Positions 30,157-39,779 of a stretch of DNA of 64,000 nucleotides are shown here, piece by piece. The notes beneath the pieces were generated by a model, which ran no database searches, was not told the DNA's origin, and saw nothing but the letters and a program-made list of their open reading frames with translations. Every line of letters begins with the position of its first letter. Positions within the stretch are counted from its first letter, which is position 1. A program made the position numbers and the translations under genes. Origin of the DNA: Acidobacteriota bacterium (GTDB lineage Bacteria; Acidobacteriota; UBA6911); the NCBI GenBank assembly GCA_963664705.1, contig OY761556.1, forward strand, positions 2,624,001-2,688,000, written 5' to 3'.

Positions 30157-31167
30157 TTACTTTTCATTCCAGACGGCTGTCGAACCGCGCAAAACCAAGC
30201 CTGTTTCAAGCAGGTATTCTGTGCCCTTTTCGGAAGGTTTCTCACGTTCGAGCTCTGTTAACAGGGCCTTGAATGAGATGCGCGCCAGATCGGTTTGTGA
30301 CATCCGAACCGTTGTGAGTGGAGGCAGGACATACTGGGCCAGCTTAATATCATCAAAACCAATGAGCGACAGATCTGCTGGAATGGACAAGCCTTCCTTA
30401 TGACAAGCGTGCATGACCCCCAATGCGGTCATATCGTTTGAACATAGAACGGCGGTGGGATGCCGGGGCAATTTCAGAAGCGACTGCATGGATCTGACGC
30501 CGCCCTCCAGAGTGTGATCTCCTTCCACTATAAAGTTTTTGTGAATTTTCAAACCTATCTCACCCATCGCCTTCTGGAATGCGGCGCGTCTTGATATTGC
30601 AGACTTAAGAAACATTGGCCCCGAGATAAAGCCGATTCTTTCGTGCCTGAGAGCAGCCAGGTGTTGTACGGCCTGCCGTATCCCATGCAAATAGTCGATC
30701 CTAATGTTGCTGACGCGTGGACGCTTCGGGCCTACATCGACAAAAACAAGAGGTACATTGCCGAGTTCCCTGTCTTCAAGAAGCAGTTCTTCCATGCCAA
30801 ATGTCATCACCGCGATACCATCGACGCGTCGTTCAGTCATGCGTCGAACCGAAATATCCATGCGCTCAGAATCATGCACGGTGGATACCAGAAGAATCTC
30901 ATATCCATGCTCAACGGCAATGCTCTCAAAAGCCTGAACAATCTCCGGGAAAAACGGATTTGTGATTTCCGATACCACCAGCCCCAGGATGTGGCTTCGT
31001 CCGGAGACAAGCGCACGTGCCTGGATATTGGGACGGTACCCGAGCTCATCAATCACCTTCCATACACGCTTGGCGAGACGCGGATCTACCGTCGGTATGT
31101 GGTTAACCGTTCGCGAAACGGTCGCTGTCGATACTTTGGCTCGTTTGGCAACTTCCCGAATATTCAT
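30157..31167 (-). CDS. LacI family transcriptional regulator
   Basis: MNIREVAKRAKVSTATVSR, LGYRPN..AR.L, NPFF, NDMTA, IGFDDI and PPLTTV. Confidence 0.95.
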   Translation of the reverse strand: MNIREVAKRAKVSTATVSRTVNHIPTVDPRLAKRVWKVIDELGYRPNIQARALVSGRSHILGLVVSEITNPFFPEIVQAFESIAVEHGYEILLVSTVHDSERMDISVRRMTERRVDGIAVMTFGMEELLLEDRELGNVPLVFVDVGPKRPRVSNIRIDYLHGIRQAVQHLAALRHERIGFISGPMFLKSAISRRAAFQKAMGEIGLKIHKNFIVEGDHTLEGGVRSMQSLLKLPRHPTAVLCSNDMTALGVMHACHKEGLSIPADLSLIGFDDIKLAQYVLPPLTTVRMSQTDLARISFKALLTELEREKPSEKGTEYLLETGLVLRGSTAVWNEK

Positions 31168-31428
31168 TGAACTCACTTCCACGCTATCAGATGGGCATGC
31201 CAATTATCATTGGAATCCGGATCTTCTGCAATGACAGATGTATTCTTTAGGCAAATATAGTTGGATCGGCGAGCACTCCGTTGTGGACCGTGACAGAATC
31301 TGCGGTTATCTCAGTATAAACCGGGGCAAGGGCTCCGGGCATTCGAGCCCCGTTGCCGCACCGATAGATTTGTTCTCTGGGATCTCAACAGTGGCAGGGA
31401 CACGCAGCGGTATATATTTCAAACATTT

Positions 31429-31447
31429 ATGCATTATGCATGCATAT
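31429..31447. promoter_or_regulatory. ATGCATWWTGCATGCATRT operator (copy 2)
   Basis: ATGCATTATGCATGCATAT, followed by further ATGCAT and GCATTATGCA half-sites. Confidence 0.65.
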
Positions 31448-31470
31448 GCCATGCATCTCGCATTATGCAC

Positions 31471-31500
31471 TTGACAAGACTGAGGCCATAAACCTAACCT
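31471..31500 (+). promoter_or_regulatory. Sigma70-type promoter for hydrolase paralog 2
   Basis: TTGACA-N18-TAACCT. Confidence 0.55.
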
Positions 31501-31592
31501 AGACTATCAGAATTAGGAAAACATACTGCAACTATTTGACAAACACGCGTTCCCCTAATAGTGGGCACAATTGCTTAACAGGAGGAATCATA

Positions 31593-32591
31593 ATGCTTAA
31601 ACGGCTTTGCATGCTGATATGCGCATGGACCCTGATCGTAACAGCCGTGAACGCCCAAACAGCGTCCAGCGGTTCGGGCCCATATCCTGCTATCACGGAG
31701 GGAGACACTGGAGTCCCCGGCCATACCATCTACCGCCCCGAAAATCTCGGCTCCTTTACCAAATCAAATCCTCTGCCGGTGGTGGCCTGGGGCAATGGAG
31801 GATGTGCCAACTCATCCACATTTTATGCTCCTTTCCTGGCGGAAATCGCCTCCCGTGGATTTCTGGTCGTAGCCATCGGCCCATTTACCCCGGGAGGTGC
31901 AGCTAAGCCAGCCGGAATGGGCGGCGGTATGGGAATGGGTCAGGCAACGAAATCCGCGCAATTGTTGGAAGCGCTGGATTGGGCAACAGCCGAAAACAAA
32001 CGCCAGGATAGCAAATATTACCAGAAGCTGGATCCGTCCAAGTTTGCCGTATTCGGCCACAGTTGTGGAGGATTGCAGGCATTGGAGGTAGCACCCGATC
32101 CCCGCATAGCCACTGTCCTGGTCATGGATAGCGGCATTTTTGGTCCGGGCGCCGCACCCAAAATGGGCATGCCGCCGGGCGCCCCGCCCAAGATGGACGC
32201 GCCGCAAGGAGAAGCGCCGAAAACCGCCCCGCCCCAGGCAGGCGCTCCCAAGGTCCCCATGGGAGGCGCCATGTCCGTCGGGAAGGATGTCCTTCAAAAA
32301 TTGCACACGCCCGTTATTTATATTATCGGCGGGGAAAAGGATATTGCATATCCACAGGCTATTGACGACTATGCCAAGATTGATAAAGTCCCGGTCGCAA
32401 TAGCAAATCTGGACGTGGGCCACGGAGGCACCTATAGCCAACCCAATGGCGGCGAATTCGGGAGAGTTGCCGTGGCATGGCTCCAATGGCAGCTCAAGAA
32501 GGATGAAACCGCGGGCAAGCTGTTTTCCGGTCAATCCTGCGGCCTGTGTAAAGACGAAAAATGGAAGTTTGAAAAAAAGAAGATGAATTAG
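31593..32591 (+). CDS. Exported alpha/beta hydrolase, paralog 2 of 3
   Basis: HTIYRP, WGNGGC, EIASRGFLVVA, GHSCGG, KDIAY and GHGGTY; ATG at 31593 with RBS AGGAGG. Confidence 0.8.
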   Translation: MLKRLCMLICAWTLIVTAVNAQTASSGSGPYPAITEGDTGVPGHTIYRPENLGSFTKSNPLPVVAWGNGGCANSSTFYAPFLAEIASRGFLVVAIGPFTPGGAAKPAGMGGGMGMGQATKSAQLLEALDWATAENKRQDSKYYQKLDPSKFAVFGHSCGGLQALEVAPDPRIATVLVMDSGIFGPGAAPKMGMPPGAPPKMDAPQGEAPKTAPPQAGAPKVPMGGAMSVGKDVLQKLHTPVIYIIGGEKDIAYPQAIDDYAKIDKVPVAIANLDVGHGGTYSQPNGGEFGRVAVAWLQWQLKKDETAGKLFSGQSCGLCKDEKWKFEKKKMN

Positions 32592-32622
32592 CGACACGAT
32601 CTGAACACCTTGCATGCATCCG

Positions 32623-32674
32623 GCGGGCGCGGGAGATGGGCAGTACGCCCATCTCCCGCGTCCGCTCGTTTTTT
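32623..32674 (+). terminator. Rho-independent terminator
   Basis: GCGGGCGCGGGAGATGGGC-AGTAC-GCCCATCTCCCGCGTCCGC followed by TTTTTT. Confidence 0.85.
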
Positions 32675-32741
32675 AAAGAAGCCGGGAAACATTACAGCCG
32701 ATCTAGTCAACTCGGGTTTAGCCGCTTAGGAGATTCGCACG

Positions 32742-33698
32742 ATGAAGGAATCGCTGTTTTCAATTATGCTGGCTTTGTGGATTGCACTTCCGGCCGTTTA
32801 TTCCCAAACAAATAGCAATTCTGATGTTCGGCCAAAATCCATTATTTCTATCTGGCCCGGCAAAGCTCCCGGCTCAGAGGACTGGACTTTTGGCGAAAAA
32901 GTCGTGGAAGGTCCTGGCGGATCGAAGACTTACTCAAACATAGTCAATCCCACGCTCACAGTCTATTTGCCTGATCCGGCTAAGGCGAATGGAACGGCGC
33001 TCATCCTCTGCCCTGGCGGTGCCATGAGATTTCTTGGCTTCGCCGAACCTGAACGAACGGCCGAGTGGCTGAACTCCAAGGGCATAGCCGCTTTCATTCT
33101 TAAATATAGAGTAGTACCGGATATTCAAGTCACGACCAATGAAGCAAAGCCTGCCGTTCCATCCAGGCAGGGATTTCCGATGATGGGAAACGAGCTTTCT
33201 TTTCGAGAAATCCTGAACCGGCGTGGAAATGCCAATCCCGCGCGAGACAATCTGGAGCATACGAAGGTTATTTCCATGGCCATCGCCGACGGCCAACAGG
33301 CTATTCGTATCCTCAGGCAGGATGCATCCAAATACCGCATCGATCCCAAGCGCATTGGCATCCTGGGATTTTCAGCGGGAGGAGGCGTTGCCGTCGCAAC
33401 GGCTGTAACGGAATCTTCCGACGGATATCCTGATTTTGTAGCCACAATCTATGGACCATCGCTCGTAGATGTTTCTGTGCCTAAACAAGGAGCTCCCCTA
33501 TTTATCGCGGTAATGGATGGGCATTTTAATGTAACCAATGGCTGCGCAGCGTTGTTTGCAATTTGGAAGGAGGCTGGACGCCCCGTGGAATTGCATGTAT
33601 ATGATCATGGATACGGTCCCGCATCGGGTATGCCGGTAGGGAGTTGGACCGATCGGCTTTATGACTGGCTCCGCGCGCGAAAGCTTGTAAACGACTAA
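32742..33698 (+). CDS. Exported alpha/beta hydrolase (acetyl/feruloyl esterase-like)
   Basis: PTLTVYLP...ANGTA.I.CPGG, AF.LKYR, IDPKRIGILGFSAGG and ELHVY.HGYG. Confidence 0.85.
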   Translation: MKESLFSIMLALWIALPAVYSQTNSNSDVRPKSIISIWPGKAPGSEDWTFGEKVVEGPGGSKTYSNIVNPTLTVYLPDPAKANGTALILCPGGAMRFLGFAEPERTAEWLNSKGIAAFILKYRVVPDIQVTTNEAKPAVPSRQGFPMMGNELSFREILNRRGNANPARDNLEHTKVISMAIADGQQAIRILRQDASKYRIDPKRIGILGFSAGGGVAVATAVTESSDGYPDFVATIYGPSLVDVSVPKQGAPLFIAVMDGHFNVTNGCAALFAIWKEAGRPVELHVYDHGYGPASGMPVGSWTDRLYDWLRARKLVND

Positions 33699-33868
33699 GC
33701 GCCTCCAGCTATAGCCAACATAATCCCAACGGGGTATAAGCCAATAATTCACGCTGAAGGGCAGGAAGGCAGTGTGCCCGGCAATCCACTAATTATTCCG
33801 ATCCCCTTTTCATGGTTGCGGGACAATCCCAAGCGCTTGGCCCCCAAAAAGCGATCATTGATCGCACT

Positions 33869-34657
33869 TCAACCAGAGACCTTTTCCCTATTCTCATCCA
33901 GGAAGAAATCCTGAATTTGATTCCTCAGCAGGGCTTCACGCTCCCAGTGGGAGTATTCTCTCAGTCGTTCTTGCCGGCTTGTCTGAACATGTTGGGATAC
34001 AGCCTGAACCGCCTTTTCGACATTTCCTTCCGTTATGGCGTGGATCATATCCATATGTTCTTTGTGGACTCGGGCCAGCGCGTCAGCATCGTGACCGGCA
34101 TGGCGCGCAGCAAAGACGCGAATCAAATACCTCACTTTGCTGAAAAATTTCAACGCGACGGCATTCTCGGCGATGCTCATGATAAAGGTATGGAAGCTGA
34201 TGTCCGCCATTTCGAATTCCCGCATCTGGCTGTCATTGAGCGTTTTTTTTCCGGACTTGATCAGCTGATTCCGTAACGTCTTTATTTCACCGGCAAGAGA
34301 ATGCAGCCGCTCAAGGTCCTTTTCATCCAGCGGATGCCCGGCTATTTTCGAGGCTGCGTGTGATTCCAACACCTCACGCATCTCATATAACTCAACAAAG
34401 TCCTGCCGGGACAGGCGCACTACTACGATACTGGAGTTGGAGTCTTCCTCCAGCAGACCTTCACCAAGCAATTGCCGGATGGCTTCATGCACCGGAGTAC
34501 GGCTGAGGCCGAGTTCGCCAGCCAGTGCAACTTCGGAAATTGCGCTTCCAGCCGAGATTTCGCGATCGGCTATCTTTTGCTGTATGCAGAAATAGGCTCT
34601 TTCCCGGGCCGATCGTTGATTGCCCTTTGCGGATTTTGATTTCAACAGTTTTGGCAT
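33869..34657 (-). CDS. GntR family regulator, FadR/VanR subfamily (FCD domain)
   Basis: ISE..LA.ELG.SRTPVHEA...L, ELYEMRE.LE, D..FH and EH..M..AI...H. Confidence 0.92.
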   Translation of the reverse strand: MPKLLKSKSAKGNQRSARERAYFCIQQKIADREISAGSAISEVALAGELGLSRTPVHEAIRQLLGEGLLEEDSNSSIVVVRLSRQDFVELYEMREVLESHAASKIAGHPLDEKDLERLHSLAGEIKTLRNQLIKSGKKTLNDSQMREFEMADISFHTFIMSIAENAVALKFFSKVRYLIRVFAARHAGHDADALARVHKEHMDMIHAITEGNVEKAVQAVSQHVQTSRQERLREYSHWEREALLRNQIQDFFLDENREKVSG

Positions 34658-34676
34658 GTAGCTATCCCAGACCGAG

Positions 34677-35807
34677 TCAACAGCAACGAACCCAACCTCT
34701 ATCCCATTCGAAACTGGCGTTAAGCGCGGCCTTCCTGGTTATCCGCTCAACATAGGCAGCAACCGATCGCCCCCGTTCATCATCCCCGCAAACTTCAGGC
34801 TGTCCTTTCGGGTTCACCCAGCACGGTATGTATCCCGCTGCACGCACTCCATCAGCGCCAACCTCACAAACAGCAATCATTGCATTTCGCGCCTCAGGAT
34901 GAAAGGGATATGTAGGATAATGGGAATCCGGTTCAAAACCGAACAATTCCCTGCGACGACGCGCCCATTCGAGGCGCTTGGGACTAGGGTTTGCCTCGAT
35001 ATTCAAGGCACGCGTCACAGTCACGAAGTTTCCCAAACCATGGTAGATCGGCCGGCCCTTATATATTTCAATGCCGCGTAAAATATGGGCATGATGCCCA
35101 ACCACAATGTCCGCCCCAGCATCGATAGCGAGTTTGGACAGAGGACGCTCATACATGGCCAGGGCACTGGGAATGTGCCCAATTCCCTTGTGGAGGGCGA
35201 CGACGAGAACGTCTACCTCCCGACGCAGTTTTTCCACATCGCTTAGCATGGCCTCCGTGCTGTCCGGTTCGGCAAACGTGTAGATGCGCGGGGGGCCGCC
35301 CGGAGAGGCGTGATCCAACTCATAGTGCGTGATAATCTGGATATAGGCGCACCCTGCGCGTTTATCGCCAGCCCAGCCATCTTTCGGACCAACACAATTG
35401 TAGCTCAGCGTCCCTACCTTCAGTCCACGTTGCGCTGCCACCGCAGGCTCCCGAGCCGCCGCAAGACACATTCCGGCCCCGGTTGTGACAATCCCCAACT
35501 GCTGAAGAGTTGCGACAGTATCTTCGATCCCATCAGGACCAACATCGGATATATGGTTGCCGGCTAGTGTCGCGACATGAAAACCGGCACGCTTTAAAGC
35601 AGACAGATTATCCGGGTCGCTTGGAGGCGCCGGAACGTCGGAGGTGTTTTCTCGTCCCCGCCGTGTATGTGGGACTTCGACGTGTCCGATCAAAACATCT
35701 GCAGTCTGCAGTGTGCTGCGCACGTAATCGAAAAATGAATCGGGCTCGGGCTCATCTAAGATCAAGTCACCAACCAGCATCAGTTTCAGGGTGGTCTCAT
35801 CCCTCAT
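34677..35807 (-). CDS. CapA/PGA_cap-family metallophosphoesterase-like protein, no export signal
   Basis: VGD, LAGNH..D.G..GI.DT, ALH.G, GADIVVGHHAH and IYHGLGNF. Confidence 0.85.
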   Translation of the reverse strand: MRDETTLKLMLVGDLILDEPEPDSFFDYVRSTLQTADVLIGHVEVPHTRRGRENTSDVPAPPSDPDNLSALKRAGFHVATLAGNHISDVGPDGIEDTVATLQQLGIVTTGAGMCLAAAREPAVAAQRGLKVGTLSYNCVGPKDGWAGDKRAGCAYIQIITHYELDHASPGGPPRIYTFAEPDSTEAMLSDVEKLRREVDVLVVALHKGIGHIPSALAMYERPLSKLAIDAGADIVVGHHAHILRGIEIYKGRPIYHGLGNFVTVTRALNIEANPSPKRLEWARRRRELFGFEPDSHYPTYPFHPEARNAMIAVCEVGADGVRAAGYIPCWVNPKGQPEVCGDDERGRSVAAYVERITRKAALNASFEWDRGWVRCC

Positions 35808-35811
35808 ATAA

Positions 35812-37080
35812 TCAAATAACCTTTTTGTCCTTGAGTTCAGCAAGTTTTTGCATTGAATAACCTAAAACCTCACTGTACACCAAATCATTATGCTCGCCCA
35901 TTTCCGGAGGCGGCTGATCAAAACCGATTTTGGAGCCTGACAATGTAATCGGCATCCCCATGCCGTAAACATCCGCGACTTCTCCATATTTTGGATGCTG
36001 AAGCGGCACCGTTTCGCCACGCCGAATTACTCTAGGATCGCGCGTCGCGGTAAATGGATCACGAACTTCCGCTGCCGGCGCTCCAGCCCGTTCTAATCGG
36101 GCAACCGCCTCAGCCGAAGTCAATGAGCGGGTAAACTGCTCAATATAAGTATTGAGCTCCTGAAAGTTTTTAACTCGCGCATTGCGCGTAGCAAACCGCT
36201 CATCCTTGGACAGCTCTGGATGGCCGGTCGCTTCGAAAAAGCCGCGGGCCATTGCCTCGGTCGGCGCACAAATGGCGATGTAACCATCCTTGGTCGGGTA
36301 AATGCCGAATGGGGCAAGACGCGGAAGCGTTTGGCCAGTGCGCTGCGGTATTCCACAACGCTCGAGAAGATCGAAGGGTTCCACGGAAACCATCATCGTC
36401 AATACTCCGAGCATGGAAACATCTACATGCTGACCGACGCCCGTGCGCTTGGCCTGGTGTATGGCGGCCATTACTCCAATAATGCCGAACATGGGGGCAC
36501 AAAGATCCGCCATTGGGATGCCAACGCGAACGGGCGGATCCTGAGGCTCTCCCGATGTATACATCATTCCGCATTGAGCTTGAATAACAGTGTCCATCGC
36601 TTTGGCAGGACTCGATTGATCGTCACTTCCATATCCCGTAATGGAGCAGTAAACAAGTTTCGGATTCACTTCGTGCAGCCAGTTGTAACCCAAACCCAGA
36701 CGATCCAAAGTGCCGCGGCTGTAGTTTTCCACCAGCACATCACATTTTCTCACAAGATCGGCAAAGACAACCCGCGCTTCCGGACGCTTTAGGTCGAGCG
36801 TAATAGCAAGCTTGTTGCGCAGGCGGTTGATTGCCGAAACCGATACATCATCCGCGCCCCGGCGTACCAAGCTCGCGCCATCCGCTCCTAGATAAGGTGC
36901 ATTTTCCCGGCATTGATCCCCGCTGGTCGGATTTTCCAACTTGATGACGCGGGCGCCCAGGCCCGCAAGCAAAAAGGTGGCAAACGGCCCAGCCAGTGCA
37001 ACGGTCATATCCAGAACAGTAATATCTTCCAACGGCTTTGGCAGTGCTGCCGTTTCATCTGGCACGTATCTTTCGTCCAT
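35812..37080 (-). CDS. Family III (CaiB/BaiF) CoA-transferase
   Basis: PLE.I.VLD, AGP.A..LLA.LGA.VIK.E, RNK.AITLDLK, DVLVENY, SITGYG and PP.MGEH. Confidence 0.93.
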   Translation of the reverse strand: MDERYVPDETAALPKPLEDITVLDMTVALAGPFATFLLAGLGARVIKLENPTSGDQCRENAPYLGADGASLVRRGADDVSVSAINRLRNKLAITLDLKRPEARVVFADLVRKCDVLVENYSRGTLDRLGLGYNWLHEVNPKLVYCSITGYGSDDQSSPAKAMDTVIQAQCGMMYTSGEPQDPPVRVGIPMADLCAPMFGIIGVMAAIHQAKRTGVGQHVDVSMLGVLTMMVSVEPFDLLERCGIPQRTGQTLPRLAPFGIYPTKDGYIAICAPTEAMARGFFEATGHPELSKDERFATRNARVKNFQELNTYIEQFTRSLTSAEAVARLERAGAPAAEVRDPFTATRDPRVIRRGETVPLQHPKYGEVADVYGMGMPITLSGSKIGFDQPPPEMGEHNDLVYSEVLGYSMQKLAELKDKKVI

Positions 37081-37190
37081 ATATCTGCCCCTTGTTTTGG
37101 CTTTGGGCCAATGAATGCCGATTACGTTACGCTCCGACCGGCTTCACTCTACTTTATCTCATCAGATTTCCAGAAAAAACAATTTTATAA

Positions 37191-37219
37191 ATGCATATTG
37201 CATGCATATAGCATATTAT
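37191..37219. promoter_or_regulatory. ATGCATWWTGCATGCATRT operator (copy 3)
   Basis: ATGCATATTGCATGCATATAGCATATTAT between the divergent CoA-transferase/capA/gntR and dehydratase operons. Confidence 0.7.
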
Positions 37220-37324
37220 CTGCGTTGTACTTTACAATCGTATCAGGACGAAATGGGACCAAGCGCTCACAAAAGCGTCTGCGAGTACAGATATCGTCCT
37301 ATGATGAAGCCTGAAAATAATACG

Positions 37325-38464
37325 ATGGCTGGGAACATGACAGATCCAATCCAGCGGTTAGCATGGCATTATCAAAATCCTTCAGCGGAAGCCATAGCCT
37401 TCGCCGGAAACGGCGGCCCGGTAGTTGGGGTCACCTCAAACACTGTCCCTTGGGAACTCATTCGAGCCGCTGGAGCTTTTCCCTATGTACTCAGCTCCGG
37501 AGACGCACGCCACCCCGATATCCCGAACTTCATGGAAGAGGGAGTTTTCGAGGAACGCATACGTGCAATATTTGGCGCGGCAATATCGGGAGCTCTGCGG
37601 CACCTCAGCCTTTTGCTTATTCCCCGAACCTCAGAGCAGGAATACAAGCTGTATCTCTACCTCAGAGAAGTCGCACGCCAGGAACCCGAGCGCTGCATTC
37701 CGCCCGTTTACCTGTACGACCTGCTCCACACAAATACCCCTGAATCTCAAGCCTATGGGCTGGAGCGCACGCAATGCCTGAAAACCCGGCTCGAAGAACT
37801 GACCGGCCAAACCATTAGCAGGGATGCATTGCGGTGCGCCATTGATGAATCCAACTCCGCCCGGAAAGCAATCCGCATGATAACGGCCCTGCGTCAACCC
37901 GAGCCAAAGATCTGTGGAGCCGAAGCGCTGGCACTGATCGGGCCGGCTTTTTTTATTAACAGGGATGAATATTCCCGTCTTGCTCATCAAGCAGCGGCGA
38001 TCATCGCACGCAGGGATCCATATACCGGGAAAAAGATACTGCTAACAGGAGCCTCGTTGAACCATCAAAGACTGCACCAAGCCCTGGAAGCGCACGGTGC
38101 GGTTGTGGTAGCGGAAGATGACTGGTGGGGAGCCCGGAGTGCCGGTGAAGATATCGATACATCCGATGATTTGATAAAAGCGGTATTTAGTAAATATCAT
38201 TTTGATACGCCGAGCCCCCGGCGGTTTCCATTTACCAGAGCGGATGAGTGGTTTCAGCAGGCAGTCGTTCATGGGATTGATGGCGTTGTTTTCTATTTAC
38301 CTCCCGAGGATTGTGTAGCGGGATGGGATTACCCCAGACGTCGACGCTATCTTGACGAACAAGGCATTCCTCATTTGCTCATCCGGGAAGACGCGAGATC
38401 ATTATCGGAAACAAGCCATGAGCAACTCGAACAATTTGTCAGCAGCATTGGAGTTGCCCGATAG
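37325..38464 (+). CDS. 2-hydroxyacyl-CoA dehydratase family subunit (HgdA/B, FldB/C-like), divergent; start uncertain (37301/37325/37337)
   Basis: VG.TS.TVP.ELI.AAG, LEELTG..I...L..AI..SN, G..VV.ED and IDGVVFY. Confidence 0.75.
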   Translation: MAGNMTDPIQRLAWHYQNPSAEAIAFAGNGGPVVGVTSNTVPWELIRAAGAFPYVLSSGDARHPDIPNFMEEGVFEERIRAIFGAAISGALRHLSLLLIPRTSEQEYKLYLYLREVARQEPERCIPPVYLYDLLHTNTPESQAYGLERTQCLKTRLEELTGQTISRDALRCAIDESNSARKAIRMITALRQPEPKICGAEALALIGPAFFINRDEYSRLAHQAAAIIARRDPYTGKKILLTGASLNHQRLHQALEAHGAVVVAEDDWWGARSAGEDIDTSDDLIKAVFSKYHFDTPSPRRFPFTRADEWFQQAVVHGIDGVVFYLPPEDCVAGWDYPRRRRYLDEQGIPHLLIREDARSLSETSHEQLEQFVSSIGVAR

Positions 38465-38470
38465 GAGACT

Positions 38471-39751
38471 ATGGCGGAGAAACAACTCGATTGCACCCTG
38501 GCAGCCAGCGAACACCAGAAAGCCCGGTTTGCCCAGCTTCGGAAGGATGTATTCGAAAATCAACGGCCTTATGCCATTATCCAGGCAGACATGCCGTTTG
38601 AGCTCTTCCATGTAATGGATGTTCCGGTCGTAAGCAACCAGTGGTGGGCCGCGATCATTGCAGCCAAACGGCTTTCAGCTCATTACCTCGACATCCTCAA
38701 TGCTCACGGATTCCATGAAGGGTTGTGCCGGTACTGCAGCCTGGCAGCCGCATCCACGTTGGCTAATGACCCGGATCATGCCCCGTGGGGCGGGCTGCCC
38801 AAACCGGCCCTGCTCTGCGCAAGACTTACCTGCGACTGCCTCCAGAGGGTATTTGGCATTTGGGCCGATGCCTTTGGGTCTGAATTTGTGTTTATGGATA
38901 ATCCTGGTGCCACGGAGTTGCCGCCGCGCTGGTGGGAGCTCAGCCGTTATCGCTGGCGCGAATTGTTTGAGGAACACCGTCTTCAGCTCACGGTAGCACA
39001 GCTCAAATACGTTATCCGGACACTTGAAGGAATTACCGGCAGACAATTCAATGTCGACCATCTGCATAATCTGATGGAACAAGTGAACCGACAGGAAGAG
39101 TACTTCGAAGAAGCGTGCCAATTGATCAGCTCTGCGCCTAAAACACCTGTACGCATGCACGAGCAGGTAGCCAATGTCATGGCCGCACAGTGGGAACGGG
39201 GCAGCACTTGGGCTGTCGAGCATGCGCGCACGTTCAGGGATCAGATCAAAAATCGTGTACAGCAGGGCATTGCGGCATGTGCCGGAGAGCGCCTTCGACT
39301 TATGTGGGTGGGCGCAGGACTTTGGCATGACACGGACTTCTACACGGCTTTCGAGGAGGAGTTTGGCGCCGTTTTTGTATGGTCGATGTATTTAGCTTTT
39401 GGACCCGATGGCTATATTCGCTATGGCCTGGAGGATCCGCTACTTGCGCTCGCCAGCCGGACAGTCAGTATGAATGAGCAGCTGCACAACCCGCCCTGGG
39501 CCAATGAATGGATCATCCATCAAGCCCAGCTCAATAGGATTGATGCAGCGCTCGTGTTGACACCTCTGGGAACAAGGCCTGCAGCCACCGGCAATCGATT
39601 CATCGAACGCGCATTGGAAAAAGCGGGTATCCCGGTTCTCCCCATAGTTGCCGACATGGTGGATGCCCGTGACTGGGATCCTTTGGCGATGCGCCAGAAG
39701 GTTTCGGAATTTCTGACCCACCGCGTGTTGCAGGGCCGCACTATGCCATGA
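38471..39751 (+). CDS. 2-hydroxyacyl-CoA dehydratase family subunit
   Basis: P.EL..VMD, GLCRYC, LPKP.LL, TCD, LE.ITG, ER.RLMW.G and GIPVL.I..DMVD.R. Confidence 0.8.
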   Translation: MAEKQLDCTLAASEHQKARFAQLRKDVFENQRPYAIIQADMPFELFHVMDVPVVSNQWWAAIIAAKRLSAHYLDILNAHGFHEGLCRYCSLAAASTLANDPDHAPWGGLPKPALLCARLTCDCLQRVFGIWADAFGSEFVFMDNPGATELPPRWWELSRYRWRELFEEHRLQLTVAQLKYVIRTLEGITGRQFNVDHLHNLMEQVNRQEEYFEEACQLISSAPKTPVRMHEQVANVMAAQWERGSTWAVEHARTFRDQIKNRVQQGIAACAGERLRLMWVGAGLWHDTDFYTAFEEEFGAVFVWSMYLAFGPDGYIRYGLEDPLLALASRTVSMNEQLHNPPWANEWIIHQAQLNRIDAALVLTPLGTRPAATGNRFIERALEKAGIPVLPIVADMVDARDWDPLAMRQKVSEFLTHRVLQGRTMP

Positions 39752-39779
39752 TCTTTCGTACTCATAAACTGAGGTGTTT

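Noticed and set aside
34677-35807. Poly-gamma-glutamate capsule locus
   Set aside because: No capB/capC, and no membrane anchor on the CapA-like protein
37115-37324. N-terminal extensions in the ORF track (for example 37115, 4637, 16631, 40939, 53093)
   Set aside because: They run through operators, repeats or upstream genes; downstream starts with RBS or signal peptides fit better
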